Below, piece by piece: positions 19,651-29,289 of a stretch of 64,000 nt of DNA (positions are counted from its first letter, which is position 1; each line of letters starts with the position of its first letter). A program made the position numbers and the translations under genes. The notes under the pieces are model-generated. The model worked only from the letters and a program-made list of their open reading frames with translations. It made no database searches and was not told where the DNA came from. Source of the DNA: Halanaerobium sp. (GTDB taxonomy: Bacteria > Bacillota > Halanaerobiia > Halanaerobiales > Halanaerobiaceae); contig JBKHDA010000001.1 of assembly GCA_046541575.1 (NCBI GenBank), positions 24,243 through 88,242 on the forward strand. The letters run 5' to 3'.

Positions 19651-21348
19651 ATGAGTAAAAAGATTTTAGTTGTTGGTGGAGTGGCCGGGGGAGCAGGAAC
19701 AGCAGCCAGGGCAAGAAGACTGGATGAAGATGCAGAGATCATTATGTTTGAGCGGGGGCCCCATGTTTCTTTTTCTAACTGTGCCCTGCCCTATCATTTA
19801 AGTGGAGTTGTGCAGGACTGTGATGATTTAGTTTTAATGTGTCCTTCCAAGTTTGCCGAACAGTACAATATTGATGCCAGAGTAAACAATGAAGTATTAA
19901 ATATCAATAGAGAAGATAAAACTGTTGAAGTAAAAGATTTAGAAGCTGGTGCAACATATATTGAGGATTATGATAAGCTTGTTTTATCTCCGGGAGCCAA
20001 TCCAATCAAACCCGGCAGTATTAAGGGTGTAAATAATGAAAATGTCTTTACCATCCGTAATGTAGTAGATATTGATAAATTAAATCAATATGTTGAAAAA
20101 AATAATGTTGAAAATGTTGCAGTGATTGGTGCCGGTTATATCGGTGTTGAAATTGCTGAAAACTTTATTCACTCTGATAAAAATGTAGCTTTAGTAGAAG
20201 CTATGGATCAGGTTTTACAGCCTCTGGATTTTGATATGGCTCAGATTCTGCAGAAAGAACTGCATGACAATGGGATCAATGTAGTAGTTTCTGATCCTTT
20301 AACTGAGGTGCATGATGATCATGTTGTTTTAAAATCAGGCAAAAAAATTGATGCAGAAGCAGTTGTTTTAGCAATTGGTGTCAGTCCGGAAACAGAACTG
20401 GCAGAAAGTGCAGGACTAAAAATTGGAGAAACAGGTGGAATTGAAGTAAATCACAACTATGTAACCAGTGATCCCGATATTTATGCTGTAGGGGATGTAA
20501 TTGAAGTCTATTCTAAAATAGCTCGCTGTAAAACAAGATTACCACTGGCCGGACCGGCTCAGAGACAGGCTCGTGCTGCAGCAAATCACATGTACAATAT
20601 TCCGAATAAAAATAATGGAGTTATCGGTTCTTCTGTAATTAGAGCCTTTGACTATAATGCTGCAACAACTGGCTTAAATGAAAAGCAGTTAAAAGATGCA
20701 GGAATTTCTTATGATTTTGTTTATGTAATTCCAACAGACAAAGTGGGATTAATGCCAGATGCCAACCCACTTCACTTTAAATTACTATATGAAGTACCAA
20801 CCGGTAAAGTACTGGGTGCTCAGGCTATCGGTAAAGGCAATGTAGATAAGAGAATTGATGTGATAGCAACAGCTATTTTAATGGATGCAACAGTAGAGGA
20901 TTTGACAGAATCAGAACTGGCCTATGCTCCACTATTTTCAACTCCCAGAAATGCAGTTAACCAGGCCTCTCTGGTAGCGACTAACCTGATTAATAACCGC
21001 TTCCGTCAGATACCGGTAACCGAGGTTAGAGAATTAGTAGAAAAAGATGCCTTTATTGTTGACGTTCGCGAAAAAGAAGAATATGAAATGGGTCATCTAA
21101 CAAATTCCGTTAATATTCCTTTAAGTGAATTAAGGGAAAGAACAGATGAGATACCTGAAGACCAGCCGGTATATTTACACTGCCGCTCAGCTCAGAGAAG
21201 CTACAATGCCTGTCTTGCTTTACAGGGCAGAGGTTATGATAATGTAATTAATGTCTCAGGTTCATTCCTCGGCGTCTGCTGTTATGAGTATTTCTTAGAT
21301 CAGACAACAGAGCGAGAAAAAATTGTAACAGAGTATAACTTTGAATAA
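19651..21348 (+). CDS. CoA-disulfide/persulfide reductase with C-terminal rhodanese domain (CoADR-RHD)
   Basis: GGVAGG, SFSNCALPY redox Cys, GAGYIG, LAYAP and rhodanese DVRE...HCRSAQRS motifs. Confidence 0.93.
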   Translation: MSKKILVVGGVAGGAGTAARARRLDEDAEIIMFERGPHVSFSNCALPYHLSGVVQDCDDLVLMCPSKFAEQYNIDARVNNEVLNINREDKTVEVKDLEAGATYIEDYDKLVLSPGANPIKPGSIKGVNNENVFTIRNVVDIDKLNQYVEKNNVENVAVIGAGYIGVEIAENFIHSDKNVALVEAMDQVLQPLDFDMAQILQKELHDNGINVVVSDPLTEVHDDHVVLKSGKKIDAEAVVLAIGVSPETELAESAGLKIGETGGIEVNHNYVTSDPDIYAVGDVIEVYSKIARCKTRLPLAGPAQRQARAAANHMYNIPNKNNGVIGSSVIRAFDYNAATTGLNEKQLKDAGISYDFVYVIPTDKVGLMPDANPLHFKLLYEVPTGKVLGAQAIGKGNVDKRIDVIATAILMDATVEDLTESELAYAPLFSTPRNAVNQASLVATNLINNRFRQIPVTEVRELVEKDAFIVDVREKEEYEMGHLTNSVNIPLSELRERTDEIPEDQPVYLHCRSAQRSYNACLALQGRGYDNVINVSGSFLGVCCYEYFLDQTTEREKIVTEYNFE

Positions 21349-21394
21349 AAGTTTTGCTGAAAAGATAAATTAATAAAATAATGTTTGAGAAATT

Positions 21395-21444
21395 AAAAAG
21401 TCCGTTTAACTGGAGCTTAAAATCTGCAGCTGAACGGACTTTTT
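21395..21444 (+). terminator. intrinsic terminator after the CoADR-RHD gene
   Basis: AAAAAGTCCGTT / AACGGACTTTTT stem. Confidence 0.85.
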
Positions 21445-21527
21445 ATTTAAGATCAGTAATATTTTAATAAATTTTATTTTATTAGATTTAATTATTTTTT
21501 TGAAGCTTATTTTTAAGCATTTGTTTT

Positions 21528-21553
21528 TCATAATATCCTCATAATATCCTCAT
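21528..21553 (+). repeat. 11-bp tandem repeat (TCATAATATCC x2.4)
   Basis: Read directly from the sequence. Confidence 0.8.
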
Positions 21554-21588
21554 TTTTTTTACTCTCTTTAAAAACTAAAGCCAAAAAT

Positions 21589-21615
21589 GGTAAAATTTTC
21601 TAAGTACCCGGTACC
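21589..21615 (-). repeat. REP-like copy, reverse orientation
   Basis: Minus strand reads GGTACCGGGTACTTAGAAAATTTTACC; 21 nt identical to 2512-2532. Confidence 0.8.
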
Positions 21616-21701
21616 TATTTTTTTAAAATTAAGGCAGGTAAAGGTACCGATTATCTTGAATATATTATATAGAGAAAAGAGACAGAGAAAGGAAGATTTA
21701 T

Positions 21702-22472
21702 TTGCGACAAAAAAATACATATTTAGCTTTATTTTTAAAGTCAATCCCGATTGGTCTGGCAAATACTCTGCCCGGGGTCAGTGGGGGAACTATCGCCTTA
21801 GTTTTAAATATTTATGAAACTTTAATTAATGCTATTAAAGATCTTAAAATCAAAAAGCTGAGCTTTATTGGTCTGGGAGCAGTGCTGGGAGTTCTTATTG
21901 GCTCGGCAGTAATCACTGATTTTTATGCTTCTAATCCCTTAATGGTAAATTATTTTTTATTTGGACTGGTAATTACTTCAGCTCACTCGACCTACAGAAA
22001 AATTGGCAGTTTTAGTTTTTTAAAACTGCTTTTTATGCTTTTAGCATTTGCACTGGCTTTATTTTTCTCCCGCGAAATCCAGCTTGGTTTTATTAATGCT
22101 CAGGGTTTGATGCTCTTTTTCATTGCTGGTTTTTTTGGCAGTATTGCTATGATTTTACCGGGGATCAGCGGTGGGACGCTTTTAATTTTAATGGGGGTTT
22201 ATCATCCAATCTTAGCTGCAGTTAATAATTTAGAAATAATAACCCTTTTAGTTTTTGGAATTGGTATGGGAGCTGGACTTTTAGTTTTTGCCTGGCTTTT
22301 TTCCTATCTGCTTAAAAAACATCAGGCTAAAATTATGGTAGTTTTGACCGGTTTGATTTTAGGTTCAGCAGCTGCAGTTTTTCCGGCTCGACTGGAAATT
22401 GCAGGTTTTATAGCCTTTGCTGCAGGAGCAGTTTTGATAATTATTTTAGAGATCATCGGTAAAAATACTTAA
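21702..22472 (+). CDS. DUF368 membrane protein (undecaprenyl-phosphate translocase family)
   Basis: Duplicated PGVSGGT / PGISGG motifs; TTG start. Confidence 0.9.
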   Translation: MRQKNTYLALFLKSIPIGLANTLPGVSGGTIALVLNIYETLINAIKDLKIKKLSFIGLGAVLGVLIGSAVITDFYASNPLMVNYFLFGLVITSAHSTYRKIGSFSFLKLLFMLLAFALALFFSREIQLGFINAQGLMLFFIAGFFGSIAMILPGISGGTLLILMGVYHPILAAVNNLEIITLLVFGIGMGAGLLVFAWLFSYLLKKHQAKIMVVLTGLILGSAAAVFPARLEIAGFIAFAAGAVLIIILEIIGKNT

Positions 22473-22488
22473 ATGAGGATGAATAATT

Positions 22489-25089
22489 GTGGACTTTAAA
22501 TATTATAATTATCAGCAGAATTTATTTAAAGAAATTATAAGCCGGGAGGCAGAAGTTTATCTTTTTAAAAATTATCAGGATTTAAAAGAGGCGGTTAGAG
22601 TTTATCAGCCTGAGCCTCTGCAGAAGCAGAGTTTATTTTTGACCATCAGGGAATTTAAAGAGAGGCTTTTCAGCAGTGACAAAATACTGATTAAAGAAGA
22701 AAAATTACCTTTAATCTTATTTTCAATACTGACTGCAGCAGAAAAGAATGAGCTCAGTCTTGACAGTTATCAGGACATTTATCAGTTTTCTCAGCGCTTT
22801 TTCTCTTATTTCAAGCTGCTTCAGGATTATAAAATTGAGGAATTTAAAGGACTGACTCTTTGGCAAAAAAAGAGAGTCAAAAGATTAAACCGAATCAAAA
22901 AAAGATATCAAAATAAAATTAGTGAGCTGGGATATATAGATAAGCTGACTTTAAAAGAAGAAAAAAATTTAAACTCTGATTTTTTAAATGATTATCAAAA
23001 AATTAATTTCTTCAATATTTTAGATTATAATCCATTCTTTAAAGATCTGCTGCAGGAATTGAGTCAGAAATTCAAAGTGGAGCTGCATCTACAGCTTAAA
23101 AAAGGGGATTTTGATGAAGATAAATTGATGCTTAAAGAGATTTCTGCCCCTGCTTTTGAAAGGAATAAAATTGAAATTAGAAAAAGTAATTCAACTTTAA
23201 AAAGTCTGGCTGCACTTTTAAATGAATTATCTCAAAGTGAAATAAAAACTGAAGTTATTGATCCCGCTGAAGAAATCGAAACAGCTGATATTATGAGTCA
23301 AAAGTTAAATGTATCTAAATATATGAATTATCAAGAAACAGAAGTTTATACTTTTCTAGAAAGCCTTTATCATCTTTATCAGCAGGGGAAAAAGGGTACA
23401 GAGGTTTTAATTGAAGTTAAGGAATTGTATTCTTTAACGGCCCAAAAATTATTTAGAGGCTGGCTTAATCTGGATGCAGATGCTCTGCTGCAGATAAAAA
23501 ATGTTATCAGAGAAGACTATTATTATCTTGATCAGGATTTGATTGAGCAGAAACTACCCTCATTAAAAAAATTATTAGTTTTTCTAAAGGAAATCAGAAA
23601 AATCAGGGATATACAAGGACTGCTTAATTTAATAGGGAGTATTTCTGATTTTCTGCTGCATGATCAGGCCAAGGAGATAGCAGAAAAATTTAATGACAGC
23701 TTACTAGAGCTTAAGAGTATTGAAGAAATGGGGATTGTAAACAGCTGGCAGGATTATTATTCTGATCGGGGAGCCGGTTTATTTGCCCTATTTTTAAATC
23801 ATCTTAAATATAAAAGCTTTTCCATTCCTGCAGATCAGGAGGCAGTAAACTTTTTGAATTCCGACAGCGCTGTTCAGTCTAAAAGAAAAAAACTGCTTTT
23901 AAACAGCTGTATTCAGCAAAATTTTGCTATCAAAAAAGATGGACTTTTTTTCTTAACTGAAAAACAGCTTCAAAATAATGGTCTGCAGCTTAAACACAAA
24001 AAACTACTTTTAAAAAGATATAATTTTCTGCGCCATATTTTCAACAGTGAGAAAGCGGTAATTTTTACTGTAGAAAATGAAGAGCAAAATATTTCTCCTG
24101 CAGTTATTTTAGAGGAACTAGCCTTAGAATACAAGCTGAATTTTAAGGAAAATAAATTAAAAGATCTGAGTGAAAAAGAAATTTTAAATAATTTATTTAA
24201 TTTTAATTCAGAGGCAGAGCTTAAAGTTTATGATTCAGCCGATTTTAATCAGGAAATGCCGCTGGAAAAAGAGGATTTTGGAACTTCTTTTAACTTTAGT
24301 TATTATAAATATAAATATCTAAAAGACTGTTATCACCGTTTTTATTTAGAACAGCTGGCCAAACTGGATACAGCTTTAGAAATTAACCCCTCACTTTCTT
24401 TAATGGCTCTTGGAATTTTAACTCACGAGATATTTGGAGAATTAATGATTTATGCCAGAAAAAAAAGAATTTCTCCATCTGAAATTCCTGCTTATATAAG
24501 AAAAAAAATAATTAAAAAAGCAATTAAAGCAAATGAACTTAGAATAGATAAGGATTACTTGAATTATTATAATCAGGTTATTTTTAAAAGTCTGGAGAAA
24601 TCATTTATCCATTTTGCTGAGCTGCTCCAGAAATATTTACCACAGGACTATAGTAATATTTTAGTTGAGTGGCCTGAGTGGAATCAAAAGCTGCAGCGAT
24701 ATTTTAGAGCTGCTGAAACGGACTTTTATCTCTCAGGTAGAATTGACCTTCTGTTGTTAGATGAAAATCAATATTTTATTATTGATTTTAAAACAGGCAG
24801 TGGTGATTCAAAACAGCTGGATTTTTATTCGCTGATGCTCAGACAAAATTACGAGGAAGAACTGCCTTCAGAAAGCCGCAAAGCCATTTATAATGTTTTT
24901 GATGAAGATTTTGAACACTCCTATCATAAAATAGAAAAAGAGGATCAGCTGGGAGCTGAGCTTGAAGAACTGAGCCGTCATCTTTTTGCAGCAGGAGTTT
25001 ATCAGCGTATATATAAGAGCCGCTGTCAGCGCTGTCCTTACAAATCTATCTGTAGAGTGGAGGTTAAAAACAATGAAAAAAGTTATTAA
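22489..25089 (+). CDS. addB: AddB-like PD-(D/E)XK nuclease with [4Fe-4S] staple
   Basis: C-terminal GRIDL...IIDFKTG...QLDFY nuclease; Cys in KDCYHRF and CQRCPYKSIC; overlaps the addA start. Confidence 0.8.
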   Translation: MDFKYYNYQQNLFKEIISREAEVYLFKNYQDLKEAVRVYQPEPLQKQSLFLTIREFKERLFSSDKILIKEEKLPLILFSILTAAEKNELSLDSYQDIYQFSQRFFSYFKLLQDYKIEEFKGLTLWQKKRVKRLNRIKKRYQNKISELGYIDKLTLKEEKNLNSDFLNDYQKINFFNILDYNPFFKDLLQELSQKFKVELHLQLKKGDFDEDKLMLKEISAPAFERNKIEIRKSNSTLKSLAALLNELSQSEIKTEVIDPAEEIETADIMSQKLNVSKYMNYQETEVYTFLESLYHLYQQGKKGTEVLIEVKELYSLTAQKLFRGWLNLDADALLQIKNVIREDYYYLDQDLIEQKLPSLKKLLVFLKEIRKIRDIQGLLNLIGSISDFLLHDQAKEIAEKFNDSLLELKSIEEMGIVNSWQDYYSDRGAGLFALFLNHLKYKSFSIPADQEAVNFLNSDSAVQSKRKKLLLNSCIQQNFAIKKDGLFFLTEKQLQNNGLQLKHKKLLLKRYNFLRHIFNSEKAVIFTVENEEQNISPAVILEELALEYKLNFKENKLKDLSEKEILNNLFNFNSEAELKVYDSADFNQEMPLEKEDFGTSFNFSYYKYKYLKDCYHRFYLEQLAKLDTALEINPSLSLMALGILTHEIFGELMIYARKKRISPSEIPAYIRKKIIKKAIKANELRIDKDYLNYYNQVIFKSLEKSFIHFAELLQKYLPQDYSNILVEWPEWNQKLQRYFRAAETDFYLSGRIDLLLLDENQYFIIDFKTGSGDSKQLDFYSLMLRQNYEEELPSESRKAIYNVFDEDFEHSYHKIEKEDQLGAELEELSRHLFAAGVYQRIYKSRCQRCPYKSICRVEVKNNEKSY

Positions 25090-28000
25090 AGCCAGTGCAG
25101 GTACGGGAAAAACTTATAGATTATCTTTAGAGTACCTGGCTGCACTTTTAAATGATATAGATTTCTCAGAAATTATAGTTATGACTTTCACAAAAAAGGC
25201 AACAGCTGAGATCAAAAATCGAATACTCAAACACTTAAGGGCCATTATTACTGCTAATGCAGAAAAAGATAATATAATTAATTCTTTAAAAAAGATTTAC
25301 CCTGAGCTTAAAATTGAAAAAAATAAGTTAGAAAAAATCTATAAGAAAATGATTTTTAATGATGAGGATATCAAGATTTACACAATTGATGCCTTTACCA
25401 ACCAGATATTTAATAGAGGTATTGCTCCTTTTTTAGAGATCTATAATTATCAGATTATAGATGACAGCCAGAATAGAGAAATTATTGAAGAGTTATTAAA
25501 AATAATTTTAAATAATGAAAATTATTATCAGAGACTTCAGAACTTTTTAGAAAATAATTCTGCTCGTGATCTGGATCCCTACTTAAATTTCATTAAAGAA
25601 ATTGTAAATAATGCCTGGAAATTTATGCTTTTAGAATCTGAAAGCAGAGAAAAATTGCCTCAGTCTGATATAGTAGAACTATTTGAAAGCAGTTATCAGA
25701 CTCTAAAGTCACTGGCTGAGGTAAAAGGTGAGGAGTTTTCTGCATCTTATTTTGTTAAAGATGGACGCCCATTTTTTGAACAGTATCCTGATTTAAAAAC
25801 TGAAGCGGCAAAAAAGAAATTTCTTTACAGAAGAAAAAATTATTTATTAAATAAAAGCTATTGGAACGGCAATAAGCTGCGCTCTAAAAAAACGAATGAA
25901 ATAAAAGAAAAATTGGAATTTGAATATAATTTATTTAGAAAAAAACTAGCTGTCGAAGTTTTTAATCAGGAGGTTATACCTGCAGAAAAAGAAATTATTG
26001 ATTTTGCTGAGCTGGTTTTATCTATTTATGAAGATCTAAAATTTAAAAGTAGAAAATTCACTCATGCTGATATCAGCAACTACACATTTAAATATTTAAA
26101 AAGCAGAGAAATTGGACTAATTGAAGACGGCAGGGCTTCTGATTATCTGCTGGATATTTTAGGGGGGGAATATAAGGCTCTTTTTATAGACGAATTTCAG
26201 GACACCAGCATTCTGCAGTGGAAAATTCTGCAGCCTCTGATTAAAAAGGCGGATAATTTTATAGCTGTTGGTGATGAAAAACAGTCAATTTACGGCTGGA
26301 GGGGAGGAGAGAAAAAACTCTTTGCTTCTCTGGCAGATATCATTGATGCTGAGAGTGAACGTCTGGAGAACTGTTATCGCAGTGACCGGAATATAATTAA
26401 TTTGCTCAATGCTTTCTTTTCTGATGCCGAAGTTGACTGGGAATATCATTCTGTAGAGTCAGTGTCAGAAGCTGCTGGATTGACTGAAGTGCTCTATGGA
26501 GGCAGTTCTGCCTATTATAATACTGATACTAAAAAATTTGCAGGGCTGGCAGAGGAAAAGCAGAAAGAGATTGAAGAATTAAACTCTCAGATTGAGGGTG
26601 ATTTAGCAGCTGTAATAGCAGCAGATATCAAAGAAAACTATTCAGCCGATTTTAGTCAGGTGAGTGTGCTGGCCCGGACAGCAAAAGAATTAAATTTAAT
26701 TGCTGATAAGCTGGAAGCAGAAAAGATTCCTTATATTTTAGAAAATAGAAATTCACTTTTAGATGCTTCACTGCCAGCTGCTCTATCAGATTTCCTTCAT
26801 TTTGCAGCTTACAGAGATTTTTATTATCTGCTTAAATTTTTACGGAGTGATCTGATTAAATTAAGCCAGCAAAATTTAAAGCTGCTGCTGAAAAAGCAGT
26901 CAGAAATTAAAAAATATTTTAACTCAGACGGAGCTGAACTACCGGAATTTACCGAAGAAAAAAACGAGTTTAATCAACTTTTAACTAAAATTAAAACAGC
27001 AGTTAATTTAGATTACCAGGGGCTGATCAATTTTCTTTATCAGAAAACTGAAGTTATCAGACTGGCATCTGATAACAGTCTGGCTTTGAAAAATATTTAC
27101 AGCTTTTTTAAAATCTTAAATTCCTTTTCTTCACTTAAAAATTTGCTTAATTATTTAGATCAAAATAGAGACAGTGAAGAATTAAAACAGAAAAAGGTAG
27201 AAAATAAAGAAGCTGTTACCTTAATGACCATTCATCAAGCTAAAGGTCTCTCACTGCCTGTGGAATATTTTTACTGGAATCCCGGCCGCAGGGTTGGCAG
27301 AGATGGGGCTGGAATCAACTTCTATCTTGATTTTGATGATGAATATCAAAACCTAAATAATTATCTCTTTATTCAAAATGAATATCTACCAATTTTAGAC
27401 TGGCTGGATTATGACTTTAAAGAGAAAGCAGAAAAAAAAGAGGAAATGGAAGAAATTAATAATCTCTATGTAGCTTTAAGCAGGGCAGAAAGTGATCTGC
27501 ATCTTTATGTAGAAGCACCACGCAAAATCAAGCCTGATAAAGCTCTGATGTGGTCAGGCAGCAGCTATGATTATTACGAAAAAATGCTTTTGAATTCTGT
27601 TAAAGCAGATAATTTATTGGGGCTGCTGCAGCCTGAACTTAATGGTCAATCAAGGTCTGGGAAAGACGTAAAAGTTGAGCAGGATTATAAACTAGCTGAA
27701 TTAAATAAGTATTTAAAACAAAAAGCAGATTCTTTGTCACTGGAAAAAGAAAATGAAAATAAAAAATATAAATATTTTCAAAAACAGGCTGATGGTTTAA
27801 AAATTACAGAAAGCAAGATTAAAGGTCTGGCTCTTCATTATTATCTGGAAAATATAAAATATAACAGGGAAAAGGAAAAACTTTCTGCCTGCAGACTGCT
27901 TAAAAGTAAATATGGAAATTTACTGGGCTCAGATAAAATAGCTCAGATAATTAAAAAAGGAAATCAATTTATTGATTCAGAACCTGAATTATTTTCTGAA

Positions 28001-28228
28001 AAATATCAGGTTTTTAATGAATATTTATTAAAAGAAAAAACCGATAATGGCGAAAGAAATTACCGTATTGACCGGCTGCTGGTTGATCACCAAAATAAAA
28101 TAGTTAAAATAATAGATTATAAAAGTGGGAGCTATAGAGATCCAGCCCAGCTTCAAAAATACAGAGAACTTTTAGGAAGAGAACTTAATTCCAGCTGGGA
28201 AATTGAAGCTCAATTTTTAGATATTTAA
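25073..28228 (+). CDS. addA: AddA-like UvrD helicase-nuclease
   Basis: ASAGTGKT, TFTKKA, DEFQD, GDEKQSIYGWRG, TIHQAKG, YVALSRA and C-terminal RIDRL...IDYKSG; ATG 25073 behind GGAGGT. Confidence 0.9.
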   Translation: MKKVIKASAGTGKTYRLSLEYLAALLNDIDFSEIIVMTFTKKATAEIKNRILKHLRAIITANAEKDNIINSLKKIYPELKIEKNKLEKIYKKMIFNDEDIKIYTIDAFTNQIFNRGIAPFLEIYNYQIIDDSQNREIIEELLKIILNNENYYQRLQNFLENNSARDLDPYLNFIKEIVNNAWKFMLLESESREKLPQSDIVELFESSYQTLKSLAEVKGEEFSASYFVKDGRPFFEQYPDLKTEAAKKKFLYRRKNYLLNKSYWNGNKLRSKKTNEIKEKLEFEYNLFRKKLAVEVFNQEVIPAEKEIIDFAELVLSIYEDLKFKSRKFTHADISNYTFKYLKSREIGLIEDGRASDYLLDILGGEYKALFIDEFQDTSILQWKILQPLIKKADNFIAVGDEKQSIYGWRGGEKKLFASLADIIDAESERLENCYRSDRNIINLLNAFFSDAEVDWEYHSVESVSEAAGLTEVLYGGSSAYYNTDTKKFAGLAEEKQKEIEELNSQIEGDLAAVIAADIKENYSADFSQVSVLARTAKELNLIADKLEAEKIPYILENRNSLLDASLPAALSDFLHFAAYRDFYYLLKFLRSDLIKLSQQNLKLLLKKQSEIKKYFNSDGAELPEFTEEKNEFNQLLTKIKTAVNLDYQGLINFLYQKTEVIRLASDNSLALKNIYSFFKILNSFSSLKNLLNYLDQNRDSEELKQKKVENKEAVTLMTIHQAKGLSLPVEYFYWNPGRRVGRDGAGINFYLDFDDEYQNLNNYLFIQNEYLPILDWLDYDFKEKAEKKEEMEEINNLYVALSRAESDLHLYVEAPRKIKPDKALMWSGSSYDYYEKMLLNSVKADNLLGLLQPELNGQSRSGKDVKVEQDYKLAELNKYLKQKADSLSLEKENENKKYKYFQKQADGLKITESKIKGLALHYYLENIKYNREKEKLSACRLLKSKYGNLLGSDKIAQIIKKGNQFIDSEPELFSEKYQVFNEYLLKEKTDNGERNYRIDRLLVDHQNKIVKIIDYKSGSYRDPAQLQKYRELLGRELNSSWEIEAQFLDI

Positions 28229-28349
28229 ATTTGTTAATTAATTAATATATATTTGAGCTAAAATTGTTTATAATTATATAAGTAAGAAAAGTTAATAAAC
28301 AGTTTATTTAAAATTATTTATTATAAGTAAAATCAGAAAGGGTGATTTA

Positions 28350-29090
28350 ATGAAAATTGTACTGGTCAGGCATGGGGAAAGCAAGTGGAACTTAGCCAAC
28401 AAATTCACAGGCTGGACAGATGTTGATTTAAGTGAACAGGGGGTTAAAGAGGCAGAGGAAGCAGGTAAATTATTAAAAGAAGAAGGTTTTAGCTTTGATC
28501 TTGCTTATACCTCATATTTAAAAAGAGCAACAAAAACTTTAAATATAATTTTAGATATTATGGATTTACACTGGATTCCTGTAATCAAATCCTGGAAGCT
28601 AAATGAACGTCATTATGGTGCTCTTCAGGGTTTAAACAAAGCCGAAACAGCAGAAAAAGAAGGAGCCGAACAGGTTCATATCTGGCGCCGCAGCTTTGAT
28701 ACTCCACCACCTGCTTTAGATAAAGATGATGAGAGATATCCCGGAAATGAAGAAAAGTATGCAGATTTAAGTGAAAATGAGCTGCCGACTGCAGAAAGTT
28801 TAAAAATGACTATTGAGAGAGTTATGCCCTACTGGGAAAATGAAATTGTACCCAGAATGGAAGCGGGGAAAAAAATAATAATTTCTGCTCATGGAAATAG
28901 TTTAAGGGCTCTTGTTAAGCACTTAGATGATATTTCTGATGAGGATATTTCTTCCTTAAACATTCCAACAGGAAGGCCTCTAGTTTATGAATTTGATCAG
29001 GAGTTGAATGTTCAGGATAAGTATTATCTAGGAGATCAGCAAGAAATAGAGAAGGAAATGAATAAGGTTAAAAATCAGGCAAAAAAATAA
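28350..29090 (+). CDS. gpmA: 2,3-BPG-dependent phosphoglycerate mutase
   Basis: [19 protein letters not shown] and AHGNSLR motifs. Confidence 0.98.
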   Translation: MKIVLVRHGESKWNLANKFTGWTDVDLSEQGVKEAEEAGKLLKEEGFSFDLAYTSYLKRATKTLNIILDIMDLHWIPVIKSWKLNERHYGALQGLNKAETAEKEGAEQVHIWRRSFDTPPPALDKDDERYPGNEEKYADLSENELPTAESLKMTIERVMPYWENEIVPRMEAGKKIIISAHGNSLRALVKHLDDISDEDISSLNIPTGRPLVYEFDQELNVQDKYYLGDQQEIEKEMNKVKNQAKK

Positions 29091-29145
29091 TTTAATCTAA
29101 ATTTAATTTTTGCTTAATTTTTCTTTAATTTCTCTCTGTTATATT
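29091..29145 (+). promoter_or_regulatory. four 11-bp-period TTAAT repeats plus extended -10 upstream of htrA
   Basis: TTTAATCTAAA / TTTAATTTTTG / CTTAATTTTTC / TTTAATTTCTC, then TG-T-TATATT. Confidence 0.55.
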
Positions 29146-29289
29146 AAAATTGTAAGTAAAAAAAGCTAAAACTAAAAGCAGAAAGATAATTCCTTCCTAA
29201 GATATTATATTCCCCGCCTGCAGATTAGGGTGGGGAAATAATCATTAAAGTCTATTTGTTTAAATAATAATTAAAGGATGGTGTTAGTA

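Noticed and set aside
21568-21817. ORFs 21587-21817 (+) and 21568-21762 (-)
   Set aside because: They are read through the REP-like repeat (KYPVP also appears in the false N-terminal extension of pyrK) and overlap DUF368.
22489-28228. Nuclease plus helicase pair as an anti-phage system
   Set aside because: Architecture (Fe-S nuclease plus UvrD with C-terminal nuclease) and housekeeping context fit AddAB.
28231-28248. Rex-like site TTGTTAA-TTAA-TTAATAT before gpmA
   Set aside because: Right arm has two mismatches and the region is extremely AT-rich, so it cannot be separated from chance.
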